From NCBI GenBank assembly GCA_035084275.1, contig CM068745.1, forward strand, positions 61,380,001 to 61,444,000: a stretch of DNA of 64,000 bases, in the 5' to 3' direction. Shown here one piece after another: positions 49,124 through 60,431 of the stretch. How positions within the stretch are numbered: the stretch's first letter is position 1; each line of letters opens with the position of its first letter. The notes below the pieces were generated by a model. The model saw only the letters and a list, made by a program, of their open reading frames with translations. It ran no database searches and was not told the origin of the DNA. Position numbers and translations under genes: made by a program. The DNA comes from Hydrolagus colliei. Its lineage: Eukaryota.

Positions 49124-49967
49124 GATGAGAAAGGTAAATTTTCAAACTACAATTTTCAGCGATGCGACTTTGTTAAGACGCCACGACTCACGTCGAGTAT
49201 ACACAGTAAAGTGTGCGACTGAGCGCGCACCATAAATGCGCGCGCGCCATCAATGCACGCGCACTTCGAATGCACGCGCATGCGCAGTATAAAAACTCGA
49301 TAGATCGGTTTAAGCAGGTCTGAGCAAACGGATATATCCATATCCGGAAAAATCCCATATCGCCGTTCCCTATTATATGGGGTTCATCTATGAAATTGAA
49401 AAAAAAATCACCATATATTGCTAATGTGATGCTGACTAACATCCAACTCACATGGGAACACATGAGAAATCTCAATAAGTTGCAATGGTTTACAGTGGTT
49501 TAAGAATCTTAAGATCCGTTATTCTTGCATTTTGTGGCTTATATAGCAACTGTGATTGGATGATAAGTGTAATCAACTTTTTGACCATACACCATTTATA
49601 CCTTTTCTAGTAACCCAAAAAGAGAATTTAACGAACAATTTGACTGGATAAAAGTCGCAAGAATGAAAGATAGAAACCAATAGAATAATGAGTATGTTTT
49701 TAATAGCTGGGGTAATCTTTTGGATGTGTTGTGCTGTTTGTGTTCAAATAAGAACATAAGAACATAAGGATTAGGAGCAGGAGTAGGCCATTCGGCCCTT
49801 TGAGCCTGCTCCGCCATTCAATAAGATCATGGCTGATCTTCTCACCTAATTACCTTACTCTGATTACCTGCCCTATCCCCATATCCCCTAATCCCTCTAT
49901 TTTTCAAAATTCTATCAGTCTCAGCCTTGAAAATCAGGGCTGTAGTCGAGTCCTCCTCATCCTCCTC

Positions 49968-50337
49968 TTATAAGATCATGAGGGGTTTCAACAGGGCAAA
50001 TAGAGAAAAACTATTTCCACTCGTGGGTGAATCTGTGACTCGTGGTCACAGATTTAAAATAGTTTCAAGGCGCAGTAGAGGGGAGCTGAGGAGAATTTTT
50101 TTCACTCAGCGAGTTGTTCGAATCTGGAATGCATTGCCTGAAAAGGTGGTGGAGGCTGATTCGATAACAACTTTTAAAAGGGAATTAGATCTTTATTTAG
50201 GGAGAACGGGTCTATTAGGCTATGGGGAGCGGGCAGGGCAGTGGGATTGAATCGCTCTTTTCAAAGAGCCGGCACAGACTAGATGGGCCGAATGGCCTCC
50301 TTTTGTGCCGTAAAATTCTATGATTCTATGATTCTAT
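49968..50337 (+). mobile_element. CR1 3' end nested in hAT element D
   Basis: YKIMRGFNRANREKLFPLVGESVTRGH..RIWNALP; (ATTCTATG)n tail; same subfamily as 14143-14608. Confidence 0.9.
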
Positions 50338-52172
50338 CTGAGTCCAAGTCCCTGGTGTCCGAGTCTGAGTCCCTGCCACTTTTTAATATCCGAGTCCGAG
50401 TCCTCCATGTAAAAATTTACGCCCATCACCAATTTATACATACTAGAATTTCAGTCTTATACCTTTTTTTGAAGTATATTGCTTGCTACGCTTTGTTTGC
50501 AAGGGTTGGGTTCTTACTTCATGGCTTTATGCAATAAATTGACTAATTATCCCGAAATTCAAGTGCCTAATGTTTTGGTTCAAGAACGAATTAAAATTCT
50601 ATTTTCAGTCCCTGAAGTACAAGGAATATTAACTTCTCAAGTCGTCAGTCACTTGTCTGATAAAGCCATTGCACTGATATTCACTGAAATAAAGATTCAC
50701 AAAATGCTAAGACAGTGATATGCATTCATTAATTTGAGGAAGGTAACACGGTCGGGCATGAAAAACAAGTGTCTAGAAAGTTGATGTTAATCCTCTCCAA
50801 ACATGCAGTTAAGCAGTAGATCCGCAGTAACCTGTGCCTTATTAAATTTGTCTTTCGAAGTGCTTCAAATTGATAAGTTTGCCTAACTAAAAAATTCTAG
50901 CTCAAACATCTGACTGCAATTTAGACACTTTGCAGTTTAAAGCTGACTTGGAACTAGTAACTTGGCTGGCTTGTGGTGTACGCTTTTATTCAAACTGGTG
51001 GACGAGAATTCAGTGAATTCCTCTTACGAGTCCCCTACATTTCTGTGTTTTCTAATTCCGTTCTCCTTTCCTTTCTGTCTGTCACTCTGCTCCCTGTCTT
51101 ATCTCTCCCACTGACTCCCACTGACTCTCATCTGTCTCCCTTCCTCTGTCTGAAGCAGATTTATAAAGTCAACCCAGAAGGTATCTGACTGTGGGCAAAC
51201 TTTAAGAAGCAATAATCGAGTCTAACCTTTAATTTGGAGACGCAAGGATTCACATGGCACAGGCATGATAATAATAATAAGAATCCTTGCATTTGATATA
51301 GCGCTTTTCACGTCTTCTAGATGTCTCGCGCTAGTGTGAATGGTCTCCTTCTGTGTTGTACAATTCTATGATCTCCAAATCCATCTAGATTTATAAATCT
51401 AAACTTTGTTTGGCAAATGTTTTTGAAAAGGCCTGCCTGGCACGATTTTCCTGGAAATATACACGTATGAACCCAATTGAAGACAGAAGGATTGGGTTGG
51501 CTTTTGTGCGTTTGTATGCGTGTATGTATTTGTCTCTCCCTGTCTCTCTCTTCCCCAACTCCCATTTGTGTCGAGGAGAGAGATTTAAATTTTTTTTCCA
51601 AATAAAAAGTCTAGCTGCAGATTGCCTTGCCTAGGCTTGTACTTGTATATATTAGTGTGTGATCGAGCGCTCATGAATGCTGCTGATCCGAATACGAGTC
51701 AGTGCATTGCGCACAAAGAAGAAAATTGCAGGGCTGTAGGACTCGAGTCCTGGACTCGGACTCGAGACCGGTCTCGAATCCTGATTTCAAAGATAGTAGG
51801 ATGCTTTGCTGCGCTTGCGCTCTACTTTTTACGCATATCTCTATGGGGCTAGATTTTTGTCTCCATATATATTTCTACTAAATAGACCCAAGATCTACCC
51901 CTAGTAAGGCCAATTTCAGCACATAGCGGTATATTATATGTGAGACTTCCACCTGTGTTGGAGGAGAGCGACAACTCCTCCAACCAGATGGATTTTTCTG
52001 TAGACTGAGGCCTACCCAACATAGTTCAGAAAATAGTCTTTATTAGATTAAATCTTCAAGACTATTAACATGATAAAATTTATCGTGATTCATGACTAAC
52101 GTGTTCCGACAAAAGTCCACACACACACTTAATTTATTGTATAGTCTAATCGTAAATGAGTACGAAACTTAC

Positions 52173-52339
52173 TTTTCTTTATGACGTCGCTGCAGATGGC
52201 GTGTGAAATTCGATGTGGTGCCACACGTTTCAGTTACAACACAGTTGCAAAACTTACATTTTGCGTGATGTTTGTTCCCCCCTGTTGTTGTGAATTCCTT
52301 ATGATCCATGTACCCAATCACTCGGGACATGACAGACAT
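52173..52339 (-). pseudogene. BED zinc-finger exon of the element D transposase
   Basis: AKCKFCNCVVTETCGTTSNFTRHLQRRHKE followed by the donor AA|GTAAGT; downstream catalytic exons not recognisable. Confidence 0.8.
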
Positions 52340-52496
52340 GGTGATGCTCTTACACGCCAGGCAGGTGAGAATCAGGGAGGTTTCAGTGCGTAGCACACAA
52401 AATAAGCGCAGTACTGTCGCCCTTGTACAGTTAGTACACAAGACAATGTACAATAAAATACTCAGAGTCTCAGCAGAAATCAGTATTACTACTCAC

Positions 52497-53630
52497 TAGG
52501 GAACGGCGATATATCGGTATATCGCTAAAACCCGATATGATTTTCATATCGATATGCCGATATGGACATTTTAAAAATACCGATATATCGAAAAACGATA
52601 TATCGAGGTAAAAAATCAGGATGCGAGCACAATCAACTACAAGACCCAGAATGCTCATCTCTATACACAATGCACAGACCGAGGTGCAAAGCCGCCATCT
52701 TGTATTCATAGTCCTCGAATACAATATACAGGTATGCAAGGGGTGGGGGGAGAGAGACGGCTGGGGTGAAGGGGAGAGAGACGGCTGGGGGGAGTGGGAG
52801 ATAGACGGCTGGGGGGAGTGGGAGAGGGGGAGAGAGACGGCTGGGGGGGGGAGAGGGGGAGAGAGACGGCGGGGGGGGGGGGAGAGGGGGAGAGAGACGG
52901 CTGGGGGGGGGAGGAGAGGGGGAGAGAGACGGCTGGGGGGGGGGGGAGGAGGAGAGGGGGAGAGAGACGGCTGGGGGGGGAGGGAGAGAGAGACGGCGGC
53001 GGTGGGTGGGGCGGAGGAGAGGGGGAGAGAGACGGCGGCGGGGGGGGGGGGGGGGGGGAGGAGAGGGGGAGAGAGACGGCTGGGGGGAGGGAGAGAGAAA
53101 CGGCGGGGGGGGGGGGGAGAGGGGGAGAGAGACGGCTGGGGGGAGGGGGAGAGAGACGGCTGGGGGGGGAGGGGGAGAGAGACGGCTGAGGGGGGAGGGG
53201 GGAGAGAGACGGCTGGGGGTGGGGGAGGGAGAGAGAGACGGCGGGGTGGGGGGGGGAGGGAGAAAGAGACGGCTGGGGGGGTGGTGGGGGAGAGAGACGA
53301 CGGGGGTGGGGGATGCGAGAGAGGGACGGCGGGGGGGGGGAGAGAGACGGGGTGGATGTGATAATATACAGATAGATAGAGATGGGGGGGGATGTGAGAG
53401 AGGAGAGAGGGAGAGAGACATAGAGAGTCACAGACAGAAAAACACACAGATGGAGAGAGTGAGAGACACAGAGAAAGATATTTACCTCCTGAGAAGATAG
53501 GCCCCGAATGAGCGCGCACTCCGAAGAGCGCGCGCATGCGCAGTACGAAAAAACGGAAAATATCGGTATATCTCGATATGAGCCAACCGATATATCCACA
53601 TCCGGAAAATTCCCATATCGCCGTTCCCTA
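52497..53630 (+). mobile_element. hAT MITE copy C (1134 bp) nested in element D
   Basis: TIRs TAGGGAACGGCGATAT / ATATCGCCGTTCCCTA; 8-bp TSD CTACTCAC (52489-96, 53631-38); interior homologous to A1/A2. Confidence 0.93.
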
Positions 53631-54677
53631 CTACTCACACAATGGAACTGGAACACGTCGCAATCCAGGGCATTGGATTTAAACGCGTCACTTTTTAAAG
53701 GGCTTTATTAATTGGTAGAAAATTTACATGTGATAGATAGGAAGTAGTATCCCACGTGGGATACCGCGTCACAGTTCATTCACATGAAACTTTCGCCGTA
53801 AGATTTCCGGTAAGTCGGCCAGTGTAGTATTTGTGCGAACTGCAAAAAATCCTGCAGCTCGGCTCATACCTGCCGGACTCACAGCGGTCTCAAGCCCGGG
53901 TCCTCGAGTCCCTGCTGTCGAGTCCGAGTCCAAATCCTGCACAGCCGAGTCCGAGTCCTTCAAATGAGAACTCGAGACCGGTCTCGAGTCAGAGTCCAGG
54001 ACTCGAGTCCTCCAGCCCTGTTGAAAATGTTCAAGGATTGAGCATCTACAGCCTTTTGGGGTATTGAATTCCATAAATTCACTAACCTCTGAGTGAAGAA
54101 ATCTTTCCTCAATTCTGTTCTAAAAGGCTGACCCTTAATTTTAAGACTGTGGCCCCTGGTTATAGATTCTCCTACCAGGGGAAACAGTCCCTCACTGTCT
54201 ACTTTATCCAGCCTTTTAAGAATCTTATATGTTTCAATAAGATCCCCCCTAATTCTTCTGTACTCTATAGAGAATACAGCCCTTGTTTATTCAACCTATC
54301 CTCATAGGTCAGTCCCCTCATCCCAGGAACTAACCTAGTGAATCTACGCTGCACCCCCTCTAAGGCAAGTATGTCCTTTTTTAAATAAGGAGACCAAAAC
54401 TGCACACAATAATCTAGGTGCGGTCTCACCAGGGCCCTATACAGTTGCAGCAAGACTTCCCTACTCTTATAGTCTAAACCTTTTGAAATGAATGCAAGCA
54501 TGCCGTTCACCTTCTTAATTGCTTGCTGCATGGGCTGAGAACTTCCTCCCTTTCCAAAATGTACATTGTGCATGGCCAAATGACACCTTTTAAGTTATGT
54601 CATGTGCTCTCACAAAAAGATACTTGCTTAACAATAGGTCACTAGTGCCTTTACTCTGACCTGCATGGATTCAACTG

Positions 54678-54754
54678 CGGGGTTTCCGCCTAAAAGGTGC
54701 AGGGACCAAGAGCCCCGCCCATCCGCTGACATCATCAGTCATTGCCATGGCAAC
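54678..54754. promoter_or_regulatory. Compact promoter/enhancer-like motif cluster
   Basis: CGGGGTTTCC (Rel/NF-kB), GCCCCGCCC (GC box), TGACATCA (CRE-like), ATTGCCATGGCAAC (RFX X-box, 1 mismatch); motif matches only. Confidence 0.35.
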
Positions 54755-54869
54755 CACAGCCTGACTGACTGACTGGTCCCAGTTCTCACACACAACCTGT
54801 GACCTCCACCATACTCTCTGCTGCAAAGTGAATCAAGTGAATTGACTGTTGAAAGCCTTCCATATCTCC

Positions 54870-55134
54870 TGCCCAGATGGGCTTGCCCAGGTTTTTCCCA
54901 TATGAAACCCATATGGGCCACTCCATACATGGGCTTGCCCAGGTTTTTCCATATGATACCCCAATGGGCCAGCCCATATTCTGCCCACATGGGCTTGCCC
55001 AGGTTTTCCCCATATGATTCCCATATGAGCTAGCCCAAATAGATACCCATATGGACTAACCAATATGGGCCCCATATGGGATACATTTGGGTTGATCCAT
55101 TCCCATATGGGCCCACATGGGCTTGCTACCTGGG
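54870..55134. repeat. Degenerate 52-60-bp tandem array rich in CCCATATGGG palindromes; possible end of a CMC/EnSpm-type DNA transposon
   Basis: Core ATGGGCTTGCCCAGGTTTT at 54877, 54929 and 54989, partial at 55117; ends CTGGG (reverse complement CCCAG); only one end seen. Confidence 0.5.
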
Positions 55135-57224
55135 TCCTCTTTCCATTTTAATATCTTCCCTCAATAATGGAGCTTATATGTAGTATACATATATTCTATG
55201 AAGCATTTTGAAACGTCTAGAAGACGTGAAAAGTGCTATACCAAATGCAAAGATTATTATAAAAAAGAGATTGCACAGCAAAGGTGGTGGAAGTCAGACA
55301 GTCAGAAACTGGTGACATTGCAAAGAAACTAGAATATTAATGAATGAAGAATAGTAGTGATATAGAAAAAGAAATATCAAGATGGTAAACACACAAGGGG
55401 GCAGCAAGAGGAAGCGAATCAAGGATTCATTCATTTATTATTATAACTAGGTGGTGTTAGAGAATAAATTCAGAGACTATTTGTTGGAATAAGTAAAGGG
55501 AGGGGAGGAAATTAACTAATTTGTTAATTTATTGAACAGCATGTTGGTGTTAGAAAACTCATTCATGGATGAATTCATTTGAAGTTAGTGAGGATAATTA
55601 ATTGGTGTATTCGTTTATTGAGGGAACCCTGGAAAGAGACTAGGGAATTAATTTATTCATTTATTAAAGTGAAGCCAGAATCACCTATTTATTAATTTAG
55701 TGAACAGGATATGAAAGTGTGAGGAGAATAATATCCTAGTTAAACACTTAATAATGGTGGGGAAGGAGCAGGAAGCAGGAGACAGCAGGAATGCATGTGG
55801 GACATTCACAAGGTAATGTGTGAGGCATACACAATGTAAAGTTCCAGGTAACATAGAAATTAAACAAGTTTGATCATCATGTAACATGTAAGGCATAAAC
55901 AAGATAAGGTATTAAATAATGTGTGGGGCATACATAATGTATTGAGTAATATGGTATCGGGTAGTGTTTGGGCATACATCATTTATAAGGTAATTGGGCA
56001 TACACAAGACTCAGTAGTAGGCTAACTCACAGTGTGCAAGGTAGGCTTGTTAGAGACACCAGTGAATGGTAGACACCTTGCAGTGTAAGACCAGAGCAGA
56101 ATCCCAGGTAAGCAATAGCCTTGAATGCTTGCCTCGCAAACTGCTTTTGTTGTGCCAAGCTGCTCTGATGATAAATTTTCACTTTGCCATATCTCATTGA
56201 TAAGATAGTAGCTATTCATGGAGTGATTGCTTCACCTGTCTTAGCCCCTAAGCACTCTGGGACCCTACCCCACGTGAAGAGCGCTATATAAATTCAAGTT
56301 GTTGTTGTGGCTATCTGACTGTTAACAGAAACTCCATGCCATCAAATACACTTGCTTTTCAAAGACTTTATTTTAAATGCCCCAAGCCATGTGACTGTTG
56401 AGTCTATTATTTGCTATGTGCAAACCATGTGTATACCATATGTCAATTCACAAGTAAATGACTGTTAATTACATAATTAAGAGCATTTATAATTCCCTTA
56501 GAACAAAGGTCTTTACACATGGGGTACAAGTGACATATAAACATGCTTATTATCTTCACACTGAAAGAATTTATGATTTTAGATATAGAGAAACAAAATT
56601 CAGGGATTTAAGAAATCTGTTGCACACTGACATTTGAATGTTTCTAATCTTAAATCCTCAAATAGATTTTAAGAGATCTAATTTGTGGGTATGAGTGCCG
56701 AAAATGAATACTTGGTTCCAGAGATATTTCAATCAATAGACAATAGGATTTCTGCAAAACAACAAACAATTTATTGATTGCACAGTTGTAATGAATGGAG
56801 CTAGGGAGCTGAAGTAATACAATCCACAATCTTTAGAATATACAGGCTCTGGTTTGATGTTTTAACTTTCTTTCGCTCCCTAGTTTGTCAGACAGATCCA
56901 AATCTAGAATAGCAAATATTCAAAAAGTACATGAAATGCAGATGAATAACCAGCAAAAGTTATCTCATTGCAACAAGTGCTACAAGTTTCTGCATGAACT
57001 CAGTGAAAGTTTTTTTTTCACATTGGCTGTACGTTTTAACCAGTTTATAAGAACAAATGGTAACTTGCTTACTACATACTATATGTCTATCCATTATACT
57101 ACCTACCATGTGTCTACCTACTATACTACCCACCATCTACTAAATGTTATCTGTGCCTCGCAGCATATGAAAGAAGGTCATTATCATTGTTTTTATTATT
57201 TATTATTATTTTCCCCAATGAAAA

Positions 57225-57985
57225 TATGAGAATATAAGAAATGCTAAATGAAAAAAGACCAAGGTCCATCTAGATCGCCTTCCATCTTCCTGGCGGTTGC
57301 ATGCACATATGTCCCAAACTACTTACGTAATGTTATTTCCTAAAATAAAACTATCTAATCTATGTTTCAAAGAATCAACACTTCCTACTTCAACCATCTC
57401 CTAAGGAAGTCTGTGCCACTTGAATAGGTTCACTATTCCCTCACTGAAATAGTGTTCACATAGATTAGCTCTGAATTTACCCTCCTTCAATTGCAGGCTA
57501 TATACTCTGGTTTTGCTATTCTGGACAAGTTGAAATAGCTTGTCACGATCTATATTGTCTAGCCCCTTTAGAATCTTGAAGACATAACTCATGTTACTTT
57601 ATAAATCTCTTTTCCAGCGTGAACATGTCGAATTTAACTTAGTCGCTTTTCATAGTCCAGTCCCTCCATTCCATCAATCATTTTAGTTACTCTCCTCTGT
57701 ATCTTCTCGATGTGTCCAATATCCTTTTTGTACTGCGGCAACCAGAACTGAACACAGTAAGACCAGAATCGTACACAGTCTCATCAATAATTTAGTAGTC
57801 CTTTTCATTTTCCATGCAATTATTTTCCTTCCATTCAAATAATAGTCCCTTCCAGGAATTTTTGTCCTAATGTGGAGTACTTTACATTTCTCCACATTAC
57901 ATTTCATCTACCATCGATTTGTCCAATTCCCAAGTATGTTAAAATCTTCCAGTAATCTATCTTCCATCTCTATATGCTCCCGCTC
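57225..57985 (-). mobile_element. CR1 LINE fragments
   Basis: Peptides KCNVEKCKVLH and VFKILKGLDNIDRDKLF. Confidence 0.75.
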
Positions 57986-58760
57986 AGTGATGTCATCTGC
58001 AAACACAGGGTTAACTTTGACATGTATGTGGATGACACTCACTCTACTTTCCCACCGCCAACTGCGACACCCAGACCCTTGATGTTCTATCAGCAAATGT
58101 CCTGCAGCAAATGTCAACAAGACATAAGCCATTCTCTATGGCTCCCAGCAATGTCTTCTGTCCCACTGTTCTAACCTCCTCAACCTAACCGACTTGTCCT
58201 TAAAACTCTCCGAAACCGTGCACAACTTGGCCATCAGGTTCAATCCCCAGTTATCCTTCCTCCTCCACATCCAGTCGCTGACTAGTACCACTCTCTTCAA
58301 TTTCCACCACATTACCCATCTCCAACAATACCTCACCCCAAAAGCTGCTAAAACCTTTGTCCATGCCTTTGTCACCTCATGCCTGGACTACGCTAGTTCC
58401 CTCTTCGTCGGTCCCGCCTACTCCATTATTCATAAAATTCAGCTCATTCAAAACTCCGCTGCCCGTATGTACCCCGATTACCCCAGTTCTTGCCAAACTC
58501 TGCTGCCTCCCTGTCACAGAGGGGATTGACTTCAATATCCACACTCTAGTGTTTAAATCACTCCACTCCTCAGCACCCACCTATCTCTCTAACATCATCT
58601 CTCCTCAAAGCAGTACCCGCTGTCTCCGTTCTACTGGGTCCGGCCTCCTCCTTGTCCCCCAAATCCTCCTCTCCACCATCAGCGATCGTGCTTTCCGCCA
58701 CTACCCCCAAAACTTTGGAACTCCCTTTCTCAACCCTTTCATCTCAACCCTCCTTTCCTA
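57985..58760 (+). mobile_element. L2 LINE fragment
   Basis: YVDDTH, then HNLAIRFNPQLSF..AFVTSCLDYA..KIQLIQNSAA. Confidence 0.8.
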
Positions 58761-59689
58761 TCTATAAACGTGGGTCACAGATTTGTCTTTCACAAAAGAT
58801 TAGGTAAATTTAATCTCAATTCCTAGTCAGTGGTGGGAAGATGGAATGCAACACAGATAAGTTTGAATTGAAATGTTCAGTATTGTGATGATTGGCTGGT
58901 ACTGTTTTAGATCTATAATGTCACATGTAAGAATTGCGGTCGTGTTTTCAAGGAATGTGCAGATCACTCCAATTGTTCACCTCTAGATCCTGAAAGTGCT
59001 TTCAACCTTAAATAAAATGAAACTGCCAACTATACCGTGATGAAGAAACTGTACAGTAAACTAGATTAATTTTTTTTAAATGAAATTACATTGTTTGATT
59101 GTGAAAGATTTGGAACCATTTGTCACTGACTTCAAGAAGAGGCATTGGTCTTGTAGTTTGGTTACGTTAAGAAAAAAATTATTATTTTGGTTTGAACCTA
59201 TCCTGGCAGGGCGAATCCTTGGGTAAGTTTCCTTACACCACACACCTGATAATATTCCCCCATGAAAAAAGCAATAATAATTTGGTAATTCAATCCACAA
59301 TTGTTTGTGGGACACTGCTGTGCACAATTGGCTACCACAATTCATCCATAAATATAGTCAATTAACTTTACAGTATATTCTGTGAAGCACTTTGAGACAT
59401 CTAGAAGACATAAAAAGTGCCATATCCAATGCAAGGATTATTATTACTTTCTTCAGGTCATGCCTGAAGGCCTTCCTCCACGACTGTGCCTGCAGTCACC
59501 TTCCACCTTAAGCGTTCTGAGATGCCGCCCAGCTTGGAGGGTGCTATATCAATGCAAGTGGTTGTTGTTCAGCTTCACGATGCACTGCAGTGCCTTTGTT
59601 AGCTTGGTGTCATTTGCAAACTTCGCCACTGTGCTTTACAGCTCCTAGTTTCAGATTATTTATAAAAATATTCAACAAAAGAGGTCCCA

Positions 59690-60070
59690 AAACAGACATT
59701 TAAAGAACTTCACTCATTTTCCCAGTTTGATGACATACCTGTGCCACTACCCTCTGGATTCTTGCGGGTTAAACTGTTGCATATCCATTATAATTTACCT
59801 CCACTGATTCTTGCTTTCTTTCCTTCCGGTACCAGCCTCTTAAGAGAAACTGTATCAAAGGATTTGCAGAAATTTCAAATATACAACTTTCACAGCCTTA
59901 CCCTTATCAAGCTCCCTTGTCACACTGTCAAAGCAAACCAGTAAATTAGATTGGCAAGATCTCCCCTTAATAAACCCATATTGGCTATCATTTGTGATTT
60001 TATTTCTGTCCTTATGCTCCATGATTTTAACCTGAATAAAAGTCTTCATAATTTTAACCTGTCAAATTGG
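59690..60070 (-). mobile_element. CR1 RT fragment
   Basis: SQYGFIKGRSCQSNLL..VYLKF. Confidence 0.7.
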
Positions 60071-60431
60071 TCTGTAGAAAGCAAGTCCATTTCTACAAAC
60101 CTTGCCTCATAAAGTAGATCCCTGCCCTGGGATCACCTACAAACACATTCTACAGACATTTTGTCTTTGTGATGTGGCACTGTTATCAAATGCAAGGATT
60201 GTTATTTTAAAATCCCATTAAAACTTGTGCAGGGTTCGCACATATCAAAATAATTCCTGTGAACACGGGAAAATGCTGCTTAAAATATGCTCTTCATATG
60301 AACAGCTCCTCCCACCGAACACTGATCCACATCAGCCCTCTCTTGGAGCATGGAAACACAGTACCAGTAATGATCAGTGTCAGTTGCATTGCAAGACTGA
60401 CCCACACCGCTGTGTGGCATATTCACAGCTG

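Larger units (their letters stand above)
47309..49372 (-). mobile_element. hAT derivative B2, inverted relative to B1, with right-type ends on both sides
   Basis: 47309-47466 is the reverse complement of 49215-49372 (158 bp, 3 mismatches); flanks CTATCAAC and TTATATGG are not a TSD. Confidence 0.88.
49935..54020 (-). mobile_element. hAT element D (4086 bp), CAGGG termini, with nested insertions
   Basis: TIRs CAGGGCTGTAG / CTCCAGCCCTG; 8-bp TSD TTGAAAAT (49927-34, 54021-28); many GAGTCC subterminal repeats; BED-finger exon on the minus strand. Confidence 0.9.
49749..54530 (-). mobile_element. CR1 LINE 3' fragment split by hAT element D (pieces 49749-49934 and 54021-54530)
   Basis: AGAACATAAGAACAT tail at 49749; ORF 54265-54579 GMLAFISKGLDYKSREVLLQLYRALVRPHLDYCVQFWSP; the sequence is continuous across the insertion. 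Confidence 0.88.

Noticed and set aside
8196-53656. Long Pro/Ser/Leu- or Gly/Glu/Arg-rich ORFs of 130-355 aa at 8.2-9.0, 12.5-13.6, 45.7-46.6, 47.4-48.5 and 52.5-53.7 kb
   Set aside because: They are stop-free translations of minisatellites inside TSD-bounded transposons, open in several frames on both strands; not genes.
54870-55134. CRISPR-like look of spaced palindromic repeats
   Set aside because: Eukaryotic context, degenerate repeats, spacers related to each other and no cas genes.
55420-56000. Recurrent TTTATT and GGCATACA motifs
   Set aside because: Irregular spacing, with no definable unit or boundaries in AT-rich DNA.
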